Shown: piece by piece, positions 26,219-40,200 of the stretch | Numbering within the stretch: position 1 is the first letter of the stretch | Layout: the number at the start of each line of letters is the position of its first letter | Assembly: GCF_030144855.1 (NCBI RefSeq) | Contig: NC_082717.1 | Span: 53,072,001 to 53,136,000 of the forward strand | Reading direction: 5' to 3' | DNA length: 64,000 nt | DNA from: Hypanus sabinus | Taxonomy: Eukaryota | Translations under genes and position numbers: made by a program | Notes under the pieces: model-generated | What the model was told of the DNA's origin: nothing | Database searches by the model: none | What the model saw: the letters and a program-made list of their open reading frames with translations, nothing else

Positions 26219-27419
26219 TTTGCAGAGCTAAATCAAAGAAACAATTTAAAGTCATTATAAGTTAAAAGTAATTTCACCCCTACAATGTCCATCTTCAGAT
26301 TTACTACTGATATATTCAATGCTGAAGTTACAGACAAAGGTAAGGGCATATAAATATTTAATGGAAGACATTCTAAAACAAATTCTATGCTGAAATACTT
26401 TAAAATAGAATTAAGACAAGCAAGAAGTATAAAATCCCAGTGGAAACTTACTTGAATAGGAGATTTTAGATAAAGCCAAGATTATCAATGCCATTTCTTC
26501 ATAGAAATTGGTATAAACAAACAAGCAATAAAGAGATAAGAAATGGTGTATTCAAGATAGTTTATTGTATGTAACCATATGTCCTAGAACTAGCAAAGCA
26601 GTTGCATGCATTATCTTTTATAATAAGTTATGAGTAAGATTATTATTAAAATGTATCTAATATTTGTAATATGATCAAAGTTAGTGCTATTTCAAAGCCA
26701 AAAATATGAAGCAGCACCCAGAATTACGGATATAGGCAAAGCTGGTTTCCACGCAATGTAATGGAGATTACCCAGAGTACACAGGGCAAATTGTCTAATA
26801 TCCAAAGTGGAGAGTTGATCTAAAAAGGAAATCATCGTGATACCAAACAAGTTCATACCTTTAAATACCCAACACTAACCAGAAATAGAATAAGAATAGT
26901 GATTATACACACTGCAGATCTAAGCACAGTCAGAGAACCCATGCCCTGAAGTGAGTAATTAAACTTCTTTCCACCCTTGGCAAAGCAGATATCAGAAGTG
27001 CTAAGGGAAGTCAATATTTGTTTAAATGATTGCCTCTGCAATAAGAACATAGAGTCTCAATGCGAAACAGGACTCTGGATTGGCAGCTCATCCACCACCT
27101 TCAACATTTATTCCCTCTGTTAATGTCACATTGTGATTGCAGTGTGCACTAGTCAAAAGTGCCAAAGCTATTTTGACAATACTTCTCAACCCCCAAATTT
27201 GACTGCTTAGATGAATAAGTTATGGAAACAGCAACACCTGCAAAATTTCTGTCAAGTCTTAACAGCATCCTGACTTAAAATTTCGTCATTGCTGGATCAA
27301 GATCCCTACATACAGCCCAGTGGATGTCTATTCACCATATGGACAACAATTATTTAACATGACAATGGTTCTTAAGACCCCTTTTAGGGGGGAAAAATAG
27401 AGATATTAACAATAGAAAT

Positions 27420-28052
27420 AGAGCTGTTTCTGAAGATGCAAATGAAGGAGTTGCATGCTGACTTTGGTTCTTTGCAGGAATGGGACCCACTCTCGGGGTC
27501 TCATGACTGGCCATTATTCGATATACCAAGGCCACAGCCTAGAAGACTAGCACGGCTTCAGGGTTATGGGACTTTGTGGCTCTGGAGGTGGGCCGACTTG
27601 AGGTCAGTGCCTCTACAGAAAATCAGTGTGTCATGGGAGACATAAAATTGAAAACAGTAAGCTGGCTACTGGCTGTGTGCCCAGAGATCTGAGTTCTTCG
27701 GGTACACAGCTCAGAAAAAGCAACATAATGGAGTTTTAACATCAGAAATTAGCAAGTTGTTTGTTATGTCTCCCCTCTCGCTGTGAAATGGAGACATCTC
27801 TTTTTACCTTTTTAGGGAGAGAGAGAGAACATGCTTGAATGCTTTGTGGGGTTGCCGATGCTTTTTTTGCTGGTGGGGGAAGAGAGATCTTTGCTTTGCT
27901 GCTGCTTATGCATGGGAAGGGGGAGCTGGGGCAGGCTTAGGGGTTCTAACATTTAACTGTCATTCATTCTTTGGGGCACTCTGTTTTTGTGGATGGTTGT
28001 GAAGAAAAAGAATTTCAGGATATATATTGTATACATTTCTCTGACATTAAAT
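27420..28052 (+). mobile_element. Non-autonomous LINE-tailed repeat
   Basis: 3' end GAAGAAAAAGAATTTCAGG..TACATTTCTCTGACATTAAAT resembles the 2705/6583/34070 family tails. Confidence 0.45.
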
Positions 28053-28059
28053 ACATCTT

Positions 28060-29845
28060 TGAAGAATGAAATTAGGAGAGCTAGAAGGGGACATGAAAAG
28101 GCCTTGTCAAGCAGGATTAAGGAAAACCCCAAGGCATTCTACAAGCATGTGAAGAGTAAGAGGATGAGCTATGTGAGAATAGTACCCATCAGGAAGGAGA
28201 ATGGAAACATGCATGGAGCCAGAGAAGGTAGCGGACATACTTAATGGATACTTTCAATCAGTATTCACCAGTGAAAAGGACCTTGGTAACTGTGGGGATG
28301 ACTTATAGCAGACTGAAATACTTGAGCATATAGACATAAAGAAAGAGGATGTGCTGGAGCTTTTAAAAGATATTAAATTACCGGGACCAGACGAGATATA
28401 TCCTAGGCTACTGTAAGAAGTGAGGAAGGAGATAGCTGAGCCTCTGGCGATGATCTCTGCAACAATAGGGATGGGAAAAGTACCAGTCGATTGGAGGGTT
28501 GCAAATGTTGCTCCCTTGTTCAAGAAAGAGAGTAGAGGTAGCCCAGGAAATTAGAGACCAGTAAGTCTTACTTCAGTGATGGGCAAGTTGTTGGAGAAGA
28601 TCCTGAGAGGCAAGATTTATGAGCATTTGGAGAGATATAATCTGATTACGGATGGCTTTGTCAAGGGCAGATTGTGCCTTATTGGCGTGATTGAATTCTT
28701 TGAGGATGTAACAAAACACATTGATGAAGGTAGAGCAGTGGATTTCAGTAAGGCATTTGAAAAGGTACCCCATGCAAGGATCATTCATAAAGTAATGAGA
28801 TCCAAGGAGACTTTGCTTTGTGGATCCAGAATTGTCTTGCCCACAGAAGGCAAAGGGTGATTATAGATGGTTTGTATTCTACGTGTAGGTCGGTGACCAG
28901 TGGTGTTCAGCAGGAATCTGTTCTGGGACCCCTCCGCTTTGTGATTTTTATAAATGAACTGGATGAGGAAGTAGAAGGGTGGTTTAGTAAATCTGCTGAT
29001 GACACAAAAGTTGGGGGTGTTGTGGATAGTTTGGTGGGTTGTCAGAGGTTACAACACGACATTGATTGGATGCAGAACTGGGCTGAGAAGTGGCAGATGG
29101 AGTTCAACCCAGATAAATGTGGAGTGGTTCGTTTTGGTAGGTCAAATTTGAAGACAGAATATAATATTAATGGTAAAACTCTTGGCAGTATGGAGGATTA
29201 GCAAGATCTTGAGGTCCGTGTCCATAGGACACTCAAAGCTGCTGTGTAGGTTGACAGTATTATTAAGAAGGCATATGGTATATTGGCCTTCACCAACCGT
29301 GGGACTGAGGTCAGGAGCTGTGAGGTAATGTTACAGCTATATAAGACCATGGTCAGACCCCACTTGGAGTACTGTGCTCTGTTCTGGTCACTTTATTACA
29401 GGATTGACGTGGATACTATCGAGAGAGTCCCTGGATTGGAGAACATACCTCAAGAGAATAGGTTGAGTGAACTTGGCCTTTTCTCCTTGGAGCAACAGAG
29501 GATGAGAGGTCATCTGTTAGAGGTGTATAAGATGATGAGAGACATTGATTGTGTGGATAGTCAGAGGCTTTTTCCCAGGGCTGAAATAGCTAATATGAGG
29601 GGGCATAGTTTTAAGGTGCTTGGAAGTAGGTACAAAGGGGATGTCAAAAGTGTGAAAAGCATCGCTGGCAGTGCATGGTAGTAGAGGCAGATATAGTCGG
29701 GTCTTTTAAGAGGCTCTTAGATAGGTACATGGAACTTTAAAAAATAGAGGGCTATGTGCTAGGAAAATTCTCGGCAGTTCCTAGAATCTGTTACATGGTC
29801 AGCACAATGGGCCTGTAGTATGCTGCAGATTTGTTTCTATGTTAA
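28060..29845 (+). mobile_element. CR1 LINE ORF2 fragment with 3' UTR
   Basis: ORFs 27987, 28576, 28818 and 29283 (IKENPKAFY, DFSKAFEKVPH, SADDTK, RPHLEYC). Confidence 0.92.
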
Positions 29846-30739
29846 CAGAAAGCATGAATAATGGGCAGAAATTCAATCTGCCATGATCTTAATTAATGAT
29901 AACCCATGATGATAACTAATGATAAGCCTGTTAATATCTAAGTTATCCAATGTATTTATAAATGATTCAGAAAATATATGAAGTCACACAATCCAGCTTT
30001 GCCAATTGACATGAAGCTAGGTGACATTGTCAGAAATATGGGTGGAAGCATTAAATTGCAAATAGGTACAAACAGAGTGAGCAAATGAGCAAAAGTGTGG
30101 CAAATAAATGTCATTATGTCCAAATATGAGATCATCTGCATGTTTTTTGTTTGAGGAACTACGAACACAGAACTAAAAATATAATACAAAACATACTTGT
30201 CAAATGAAAAAAATAACTGAAACATAGGAAGTCCTGAGGCTAGAATTCGTCTCTATACACGAGATCACATCTCCCCACTCGAATGCACATCCACAAAACT
30301 GACACAAGGACCTAACGACACAACGAGCCTGTTCCACTATTTCAATAAGGCTGGCGGGATACACTGGAGCAGGATCGCAGCTGCTTACACAGAGGAGGCT
30401 TATCGGTTCTTGCTGTTTCAGTGTTGAAGAGGGACAGATGCCCAGTTGCAGGTATTGATGGGACAAGTTCGACGAAAGTTGACCATGGATTTCTGAACTA
30501 AACACGGGGAGTTAAAAGTGAGGGCGCTGGAAAGTGCAACCCTGGTTTGCAGACGCACAGTGCGGGCCATACCGAGAGAAAGGGCAAAGGTAACGCCAGG
30601 AAACTCAGCTCACTATTTTAAACAAGCGGTGGCCAGCTTCCTCCGGAGCAAAACATCAGATGGGTCCTTCATGACTTAAGCACACCACCTTTTTATATAC
30701 AGGACACTGCCCCTCCCTCCCCATTACCCTCCGTTACTC

Positions 30740-31230
30740 ACCAACACTACCGGCTCACCTCACTACCCTCTGACTGAAACGTCACCACGCCCTCGGAAGC
30801 TGGAACGTCTGATTGGTCAGATTTCCGACAGCACTGAGCGACCTGGCGCGACGGAGGAGAGAGTGGTGCCGGGAGTTGGAGTCCACACTCTGATGGGACC
30901 GCGAGACTAACGGAGCAGGTGGACAGAATGTTTTGCCCCAGCACTACACAGGAAACGGCTGTTTCCCGGGTGACCGTTCGCAGGAGCCTAGCGCGCCTGC
31001 GCAGTTACCACTCCCCTGCCACGCTGTGGAAATCTGGGGAACCGGGTTGATGTGCCCATCGGCTTGCGGTTGAAACGCTACTCGCCATGTGGATATTCGG
31101 GTACGGATCGTTGATCTGGAAAGTAGACTTCCCGTACCAGGAAAAGTTAGTGGGTTACATTCGCGGCTACACCCGCCGCTTCTGGCAGGGCAGCACCGAC
31201 CATCGGGGCATGCCAGGCAAGGTGGGTGAG
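30740..31230. promoter_or_regulatory. CpG-rich promoter of CHAC2 (possibly bidirectional with ASB3)
   Basis: CpG-dense in a CpG-poor background. GATTGG (CCAAT on minus) at 30811-30816; NRF1-like CGCGCCTGCGCA at 30992-31003. Confidence 0.7.
31087..31221 (+). CDS. CHAC2: CHAC2 exon 1 coding part
   Basis: gccATG; [45 protein letters not shown]; donor AAG|gtgggt. Confidence 0.96.
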
Positions 31231-34200
31231 TGACTGGCGAAAGGGCTGGACAGGTGGTGGGGAGGGAGGGAGGGAGGAAGGGTGGGTGCAGACGGACAGT
31301 GGGGTGGCTTTGACAGGGTGAACCCAATAAGAAAGAGGCCAGAATTTTGTCACGTTGGCAGGCCGCCCCAAGAGAAGGTGTTTTGCTGTAGTTAAGTGGA
31401 AAAGTAAATTGTCAGGGGGTGCGGAGAGTCTGCCGATAAGGTTAAGTGGATGGGCGAGGGTCTGATAGACGGAGAAAGTTGTTGGTAACTGCGAGGTCAT
31501 CCACGTTGGAAACCGCGTGATTTTAAATAACGCAGAATTCAGCAGGGGGACTTTGGGCTGCAATAGGCTGTCACGGAGGTGCAACAGATGATGACGAATT
31601 ACTAAATTTAAGAGCAGGAAGATTATGCTGCAACTGTACAGGGTACATGGAGCACTGCATGCAATTCTGAAAGTCCTTGAGAAGAAAAATATGCTCGCTT
31701 TGGAGGCGGTGTGGAGCAGGTTTGTCAGATTGACTTCAGTGGTGCGGTGATGGGATTAGCCTGTGAGAAGAGAGGTTCCCCTCGAATATACTCATTTGAA
31801 TTCGGGAAACCATTATAGGTGTTTATAAAATTATGAAAAGGATAGATGAGTTAGAGGCAGGGAAGCTGTTTCCACTGTAAATGAGACGAATTAGACTCAT
31901 GATTTGGGGAGTAGCTTCAGGGTGGAAATGAACAACACGAATTATAGGCAGTGCGGAAAAGACAGTTAAGTGGATGGAGCTGAGTCCATAGCCAGATGAG
32001 TCTCAATCTTACTGAATGGCACAGCAGGTTCCACAAGCTGAAAGGCCTATTCAGTCCTATGTCTTTTGTTCTTGTGAGGCAAATTAATAATTAAAAGGGG
32101 GAAAAAAAAGGATCTTCGGCTGGGTAGCCTCCAACCTGATGGCATGAACATTGACTTCTCTAACTTCCGTTAATGCCCCTCCCCTTCCTAACCCATCCCT
32201 GATATATTTTTTTTTCCTCTCTCTGCCCATCACTGCCTGTTCTCCATCTCCCTCTGGTGCTCCCCTCCCCATTTCTTTCTCCTGAGGCCTCTCGTCCCAT
32301 GATCCTTTCCCTTCTCTAGCTCTGTATCCCTTTTGCCAATCACCTTTCCAGCTCTCAGCTTCACCCCACCCCTCCGGTCTTCTACCATTTCACATTTCCC
32401 CTCCCTCTCCTACTTTCAAATCTCTTACTATCTTTCCTTTCAGTTAGTCCTGACGAAGGGTCTCGGCTCAAAACGCCGACAGCACTTCTTCCTATAGATG
32501 CTGCCTGGCCTGCTGCCTTCCAGCAGCGTTTTGTGTGTGTGTGTTGCTAGGATCTTTTGTAAGCAAGATTTAGGGGCCCAGAATGTTTACTGACACCTGA
32601 TAAGGGGAGGAACATATCACAGGATATATGTATGGGGGCATGTAATGGGTCAGTAAGTGAATTAATCTTCAATCTTTCAAACTGATATTCAGATAAAGAC
32701 ACCGGAGTAGCAACTCTTTGAGGGTGAGCTTGTCTAAAGGATCATGGAGCAAACGACTGCAGGACAATAGCAAAGCATGGATTCTGGTTTAAGATGGTGC
32801 TGGCGAAGCACAGAAGCAACTTGCTGGCAGCAAACAAAGCTACTAAGTACTTTACTAGTCACACTTTTTCTCAGAAATGATTGCTGCAATCAATAGCCTG
32901 TAACTTCCCTTTTGGAGTTGAGCTCTTGAACTGCCTGCACAATCTGGCATTTTTGCAATGTGAATTGAAGTCTCAGAGATGCAGGATGGTTGTGGTGCGG
33001 CGTGTCCAGGCTGAATTGAGGAGGTGGGGCACGGGTCCAAGAGCAGGAAATAAACCATTGTTTAGCCATTACTGAAGCAGGCTTGGAGCTGATTTGAAGT
33101 GACTGATCTGTAAGATATTGGAGCAGAATTAGACCATTGGGCCCATTGACTCAGCTCTGTCAATTCATCATAGCTGATCCAATTTTCCTTTCAGCCCCAA
33201 TCTATTGCCTCCGTTCACACCCCCCCCCCCCCCATATCTCTCTCCATGCCCTGACCAATAAGAATCTATCAACCTCTGCCTTAAATATACATAAAGACTT
33301 GGACTCCGCAGCTTTGACAAAGAATTCCACAGATTCAGCACTCTCTGGCTAAAGAAATGCCTCCTCATTTCTGTTCTAAAATGGTGCCCCTCTATTCTGA
33401 GGCTGCTTCCTCTGATCTTAGACTCTCCCACCATAGGAAACATCCACTTTATCAAGGCCTTTCACCATTCAGTTTGTTTCAATGAGGTTACCTCTTATTC
33501 TAGTGAATTCCAGTGAATATTGGAACAGTACCATCAAGTGCTGTTCATATGACAAACTGTTCAATTCTAGAATCATTGTCATTAACCTCCTTTGAACCCT
33601 CTCCAGTCTCAGCACATCCTTTCTAAGCTAAAGAGCCCAAACCTGCAAACAATACTCCATTGAGGCCTCATCAGTGCCTTATAGAGTGTCAGTGTTACAT
33701 CCTCGCTTTTATATTCTAGTCTTCTTGAAATTAACTGTAGCATCACATTTGCCTTCCTCATCACAGACTCAACCTGAAAATTAACCTTTACAGAATCCTG
33801 CACAATGACTCCCAAGACCTTTTGCACTTCAATTTTTTGTATTTTCTCTCCACTTAGAAAATAGTCAACCTTTTCATTTCTTCTACCAAGTGAATGACCT
33901 ACGCTTCCTGTCACTGTGTTCCATTTGCCACTTATACTCTTTTAAGTCCTTCTGTAGCCTCTCTGCTTCCTCAAAACTACCCGCCCCTCCACCTATATTC
34001 GTATCAGCTGCAAACTTTGCAACAGAGCCATTGATTCAGTCATCCTAATCATTGACATATAAAAAACCCAAGTTGAGGCAGCAGGGCCTGGGCTCGAGTG
34101 TGAGGAACAACTGACTGTTTGGCCAATTTAAGCAGTGGGCCTGATTTTTAAAAAGTCAGGGGTTGGTGCTTTGCTCCGCGCTGCATTAGGTTTACTCATT

Positions 34201-37200
34201 TCTGCTCTGAACTGAGGTTGTGGGCTGCAACTATCCACACCTGAATCAGCTACAGTGATAACTGGTTGTGGAATCACTTACATAAATTTCAGTTCTGAAT
34301 GTTATTTACTTATTTTTACTGTTTGCAAGTTTTTTTTTCTTCTGCGTATTGGGTATTTGAAGGTCTTTTTTAATGGGCTGTATTGAATTTCTTTGTTTTA
34401 TGGCTGCCTGTAAGGAGACAAATCTTAAGGTTGTATGTAGTATACATATTTTGATAATAAATGTACTTTGAACTTCGTAAAAACAGTAGTTATAAGTGAT
34501 TTGGTAATCTAGTAGAGGTGGGGGTGTTGACAGTAATATGTCTCAAATGTTTTTGCATCTAGTGTCAGGGTAAAGGATGTCATTAGGAAAGCATAGCAAA
34601 GGGATGAAGAACCAGAAGTTACAGTACCTGTCAAAAACAGCACAGGTTGGCAAAAAGATTAGGGTCTTACAGTCTATATTCCAGGAAGTGGGTTAAAGAT
34701 AATATCATGAAGACAGTAACCACCATATTCCACACATTAGAGGATAAGCAGGTTAGTTCACGGACAGCAACTTAGAACAGAAGGGAGATGTTCACCATTA
34801 GAACCAGCTGTGGACCATAGGAACCTGATTAAGATAAACAAATTACATATCGAGAGGATTAGAATGGTATCCAAAGAAAATTAGGCTGCAGCAGGGTAAA
34901 AAAATCCGTGTAATTAAATGAACAGTTAACTAAGTAAGATTGAGCTCTGGGTAGGAGAAGTTGAGAGAAAAGATAAGATGTGACAAGATTTTTGACATAG
35001 CTCAAAAGGTGTGATTGGGCACTTGAATTTTTTATGGATACAAAGGGAGAAATATATTTCCAGGCCTGGTTGAGATGATGCTTGAAAGTGGTGTTCTTGG
35101 TGAAGTATCATTGACAAAATCCATCAGATTAAGTGTTGAGAAACAGAAAAGCACAATTACTCTTTGTACACAGTATATGCTAAAAGTGTTAAATTTACTG
35201 GGAAATAGACAACTGTAGGAAATGAAGCACAGTGACAATGAAGAACTTAAAACTAGCAAAATATTGATTGGTATAATATTTGAGTATAAGTCGAAATGGA
35301 TAAGAAATTTCTGAAGATTTTCAAGACAACGTTCTTGATTCATGTGTTTCTGCCCCAATGAGTAGAGGAATTGCTTGATTTGTTTTTGAAGATGAAAGTA
35401 ACTTGTACATCACAGAAGGACACATAGCAGTGATCATCAGTTTAGTTCTGTGATGGAAAGAGGCAAGAAGCAACAATTATAATTTGGAAGGAACAAAATC
35501 AGTGCATTCAGAGAGGATTAGACCTGGTTCAATCTGACTCAAAAGATAGCAGGTTATATTAAAATCATGGGCAGCACTTAAAAGTACAGAAAAGGGCCAA
35601 CACCATAGATGTGCTGAAAATCTGCACATGAAATGCTAGGAGTCGTCTGCGGGTCAAGGGGTCTCTTGTGTCTGCATTTGGAATTCTCTGCCCCAGAAAG
35701 CTGTAGAGTTACAGTCAATGAATTTATTTAATGCAGAAATTGACAGTTGAACTACAAGAGAATCAATGAGTATGGTGCAAGGACAAGCCATACCCAACTT
35801 CCTGTCTATGACTGAGAAATGGGCCACCAGTTGGTGGCTGAAGGGCTTGAAAGGAAGGTGATCTTGTTGAAACATTTGACAGAGTTTATAGGGTGGATTC
35901 TGGGAGGTTGTTTTGCACTGTGGTACATCTAGAACTATGGGCCATGGCTTCAAAGTAAAGGGAAAAACATTTAACAATTTATCATCCCTGAAAGGTTACA
36001 AATTTTTGGAATTCTCTTGCTAAAACATAAACTGCTTGAGAAACTCATCAGGACAAGCAACGTCTGTGGAAGCAAGGGAACAGACAATGTTGTGGGTTGA
36101 GACCCTGCTTCAGGATTTCTGCAGGATTTTTTTGCTCCACAAGATAGCATCTGCAGTCTATTTCCATAAGGTATTTACCCCAGAGCACTGCAAAGGCAGA
36201 ATAAATGAATATACTTAATACAGAGATTGACAGACATTTGAAATATGAGTGAAGAATTTAATTTTCTATGTCATATCTCTGAATCTTTCTGTGAAAGTTC
36301 ATCAGAATTTTAGAGAAGTACACTTGTAGCTATTTCAATTAAGTTTACTTTGGTTCACATTAACAGAATGTCAGAAGGTTTGCTTGTCACACTTGTTTAT
36401 TAAGGATCGTGGAGTTCAAGCATCTGTCCTTAATGGATTTGTTTTCATTATTTGTTCCAATAAGATACTGAGTCATGTTGACTGGCTCAGATTTTCATTG
36501 TACTAAAACAAGATAGATTTAATCTGTTTAATGCTCAATCACCCAACTTTTAATTGTCTGTAAAATGATAGATGTGGTAATCAATAGTGGCATTTACCCA
36601 TAATGTACTTTAATAGAGAACAGTTCAGCACAGGCCCTTCAGCCCACAGTGTTTGTGTATGATACAAATCAAAACTAATATCCCCTGTCTTTATTCTTCC
36701 CTGCTTGTTCATGTCCCTGTCTAAGTGCCTGTTAAATGTTAACAGTTGTGTCTGCTTCCACTGTTTCCCCGGTAGTATCTTCCAGGCACCGACCAGTCTT
36801 TGTATTCAAAAAAAACCTTGCAAATTTTCTTTACTTTTTTTTTTATCTGCTTTAAAGCTATGTCATCTAAATTCTGACATTTCCACCATAGGAAAAGGGC
36901 AGACTTGCAATTTTATATATTTCAATTAGCCTCTGATGCTTCTAGAGAAAACAATCCAAGTTTAAACCTAACCTTGTAGCTAATTCTTTCTGATACAGCA
37001 GATATTCCTGGTGAACCTCTTCTGCACCCTCTCTAAATCCTTCCTAACATTACAAATAAGGTCTGACCAAAGTTTCATACAGCTGCAGTATGACTTGTAG
37101 TCTTTCATACTCAAACCTGACAAATGATGAGGTCAGCGGTAGATGCAATCTCAATGGCTCTCCACACAGCTTTGACCACCTGGACAACACAAACACCTAC

Positions 37201-40200
37201 GTCAGGATGTTGTTCATCGAATGTAGCTTAGCATTTACTACCATCACTCCCACAATCTTGATTGAGAAGTTGCAGAGCCCGGGCCTCTATACCTCCCTCT
37301 GCAATTGGATCCTCAACTTCCTAACCGGAAGATCACAGTCTCTGTGAATTGGTAATAACATCCTCTTCACTGACCATCAACACTGGCGTACCTCGGGTGT
37401 GTGCTTAGCCCACTGCTCTACTCTCTGTGTACACATGACTGTGGCTAGACATAGCTCAAATACCATCTACAAATTTGCTGATGATATAACCGTTGTTGGT
37501 AGAATCTCAGGTGGTGACGAGCGGGCGTACAGGAGTGAGATGCCAACGAGTGGAATGGTGCTGCAGCAACAACCTGGCACGCAACATAAGACAAAAGAGT
37601 TGATTGTGGACTTCAGGAAGGGTAAGAGAGGAAGGAGCACATTCCAATCCTCATAGAGGGATCAGAAGTGAAGAGAGTGAGCAGTTTCAAGATCCTGGGT
37701 GTCAAGATCTCTGAGGATCTAACCTGGTCCCAGCATATCAATGTAGTTACAAAGAAGGCAAGACAGCAGCTATACTTCATTAGGAGTTTGAAGAGATTTG
37801 GCATGTCAACAAATACACTCAAAAAAATTCTATAATTGTACTGTGGAGAGCATTCTGACAGACTGCATCACTGTCTGGTATGGAGGGGCTAATGCACAGG
37901 ACCAAAAGAAGCTGCAGAAGGTTGTAAATCTAGTCAGCTCCATCTTGGGCACTAGCTTACAAAGTACCCAGGACATCTTTAGGAAGAGGTGTCTCAGAAA
38001 GGCAGCGTCTGTTATTAAGGACGTCCAGCACCCAGGGCATGCCCTTTTCTCACTGTTACCATCAGGTTGGAGATACAGAAGCCTGAAGGCACACACTCAG
38101 CGATTCAGGAACAGCTTATTCCCCTCTGCCATCCGATTCCTAAATGGACTTTGAAGCTTTGGATGCTATCTCACTTTTTTTTAATATACAATATTTCTGT
38201 TTTTGCACATTTTTAAAAATCTATTGAATATATGTAATTGACTTACTTTATTATTATGTTTCATTTTTTCTCTGCTGGATTATGTATTGCATTGAACTGC
38301 TGCTGCTATGTTAACAAATTCCACATCACATGACAGTGATAATAAACCTGGTTCTGATTCTATTTACTTTGATTATGCTCCAGGCCTCGAGCACTTTGGC
38401 CAGACTTGGTTTCAAAGCTAAGATGTAAGTGAAGTACCTATGTTTAGCTGTTCTTCACTCAAATTAGATATTGTATTTGACATGTTTTTCTTTCCCAAAA
38501 CACCATTTGATATTTTCTCCAATGATTATTTTTGAAGTAAATTAACATTTTGTATGTGAAAAATATAGACCACAAAAAGTGATTTTGATTTTTAAAAAAT
38601 AGTAAATTCTATAATTCATGCCATTAGGTTGAGTAGCCTCCAACCTGATAGCATGAACATTGATTTCTTGAAGTTCTGGTAAATTGCCTCCCCCCACTGC
38701 CTTCACCATTCTCATACCCATTTTCTCTCTCTCTCGCCTCATTTCCTTACTTGTCCATCACCTCTCTCTGGTGCTCCTCCCCCATACCTTTCTTCCATGG
38801 TTTTCTACCCTCTCCTATCAGATTCCCCCTTCTGCAGCCCTTTATCTCTTTCACCTATCAGCTCTTTTCTTCATCTCTCTCCCTTTCAGTTATCACCTTA
38901 CCACCTTGTATTTCTTCCTCCCCTCCCCCCACCTTCTTGCTCTAACTTCTCATCTTTTTTTTCCAGTTCTGATGAAGGGTGTTGGCCTGGAACGTGGACT
39001 GTTTATTCTTGCCCATAGATGCTGCCTGGCCTGTTGCGTTCTTCCAGTATTTTGTTCGTGGTGTTCTGGATTTCCAGCATCTGCAGATTTTCTTGTCAAA
39101 TTCTATAATTGCTTGATTTGAGTTTTTACTTTATTTTGCAAATATGGGCTCACTGGCATTTAATGTCCATTAGAATTTGTTCTTGATGAATGGACAATAG
39201 ATCTTCTGCTGATAAATGGCTCTTGTTCCTATAATGAAGACTGGAGTGAAAAGTTCTAGGATTTGACATGGTGGTAGAATAGTGTTACTATAAACAAGTA
39301 TACTTAGGATGTGTGATCTGGAGGGGAGCTTGCATCTGTCAGTCTTCAAGCACTCTTAGGAGGTGCTGTTGTTTGCCTCATTACCTCTTGTACATTGTCC
39401 ATGATGTGGTACAGAGATGATGAGTGCTTCAGATAGTGAATGTATTGCTGGTAAGGTGAAATAGTGTTGAGTCTTTGAGTATTGTTAGAACTGCATTTGT
39501 CCAGATGAGTAAGTATTTGTCTTGTGTATAATGAAAAGGCTTTGGGATATCAGAAGGCAAATCATTCAGTTTTACTAACGGAGTGGGGCTGCTTAGAAAA
39601 ATTCCATTCCAAAGCAAGAAATAATTTTTGAGATCTATTAAAATAAATCCAAATTTGTTTTGTCCATAGAATTATGCATGATTGAATGATTTTATTTTTG
39701 TGCATTTCTCATTCCATCCCTATAGCCTGGAAGAGTTGTCACACTTGTTGAAGATCCTGAGGTAAATAAAAAATACATATTTGTTAATCAACATTTGCAA
39801 ATAGTTTTATTCATTCAATATGTATTTCAATTTCTTTGTAGTAAGAACAACAGATTGCTGATCAAATGTGTGCAGTATATGTAATTTTCTTTGGCTAAAA
39901 CACAATCAAGTTGAAAATCTGTAGTCTAAATATTCATAGTTCAAGTCCATCCAAAATTTGAATGTTTGTGCAGGAAAACTGACTAGGATAAGGATTACTG
40001 CTTTATTGTACATGTGCTACTAGATACTGTATAATGGCATACAAAAGTAACATTGTATGTAGAAAACCACAACTGTTTTTCCGCACTGACTATATAAATC
40101 ATCAAATGCAATGGAATTAATTTCCAAGTAAAGCTGTAAATCTTCTATTTTAAAACGGTGTCCTATTGATGATTGGAGATTTTTCTTCAAGCTATGCTTT

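Noticed and set aside
30944-31584. Long minus-strand ORFs (127 and 145 aa) over the CHAC2 start
   Set aside because: GC-rich antisense shadows of the promoter and exon 1, with non-ATG starts and no recognisable domain.
38684-39121. 145-aa hydrophobic ORF
   Set aside because: It is a translation of the pyrimidine-rich Penelope-like 3' region, which is naturally stop-poor.
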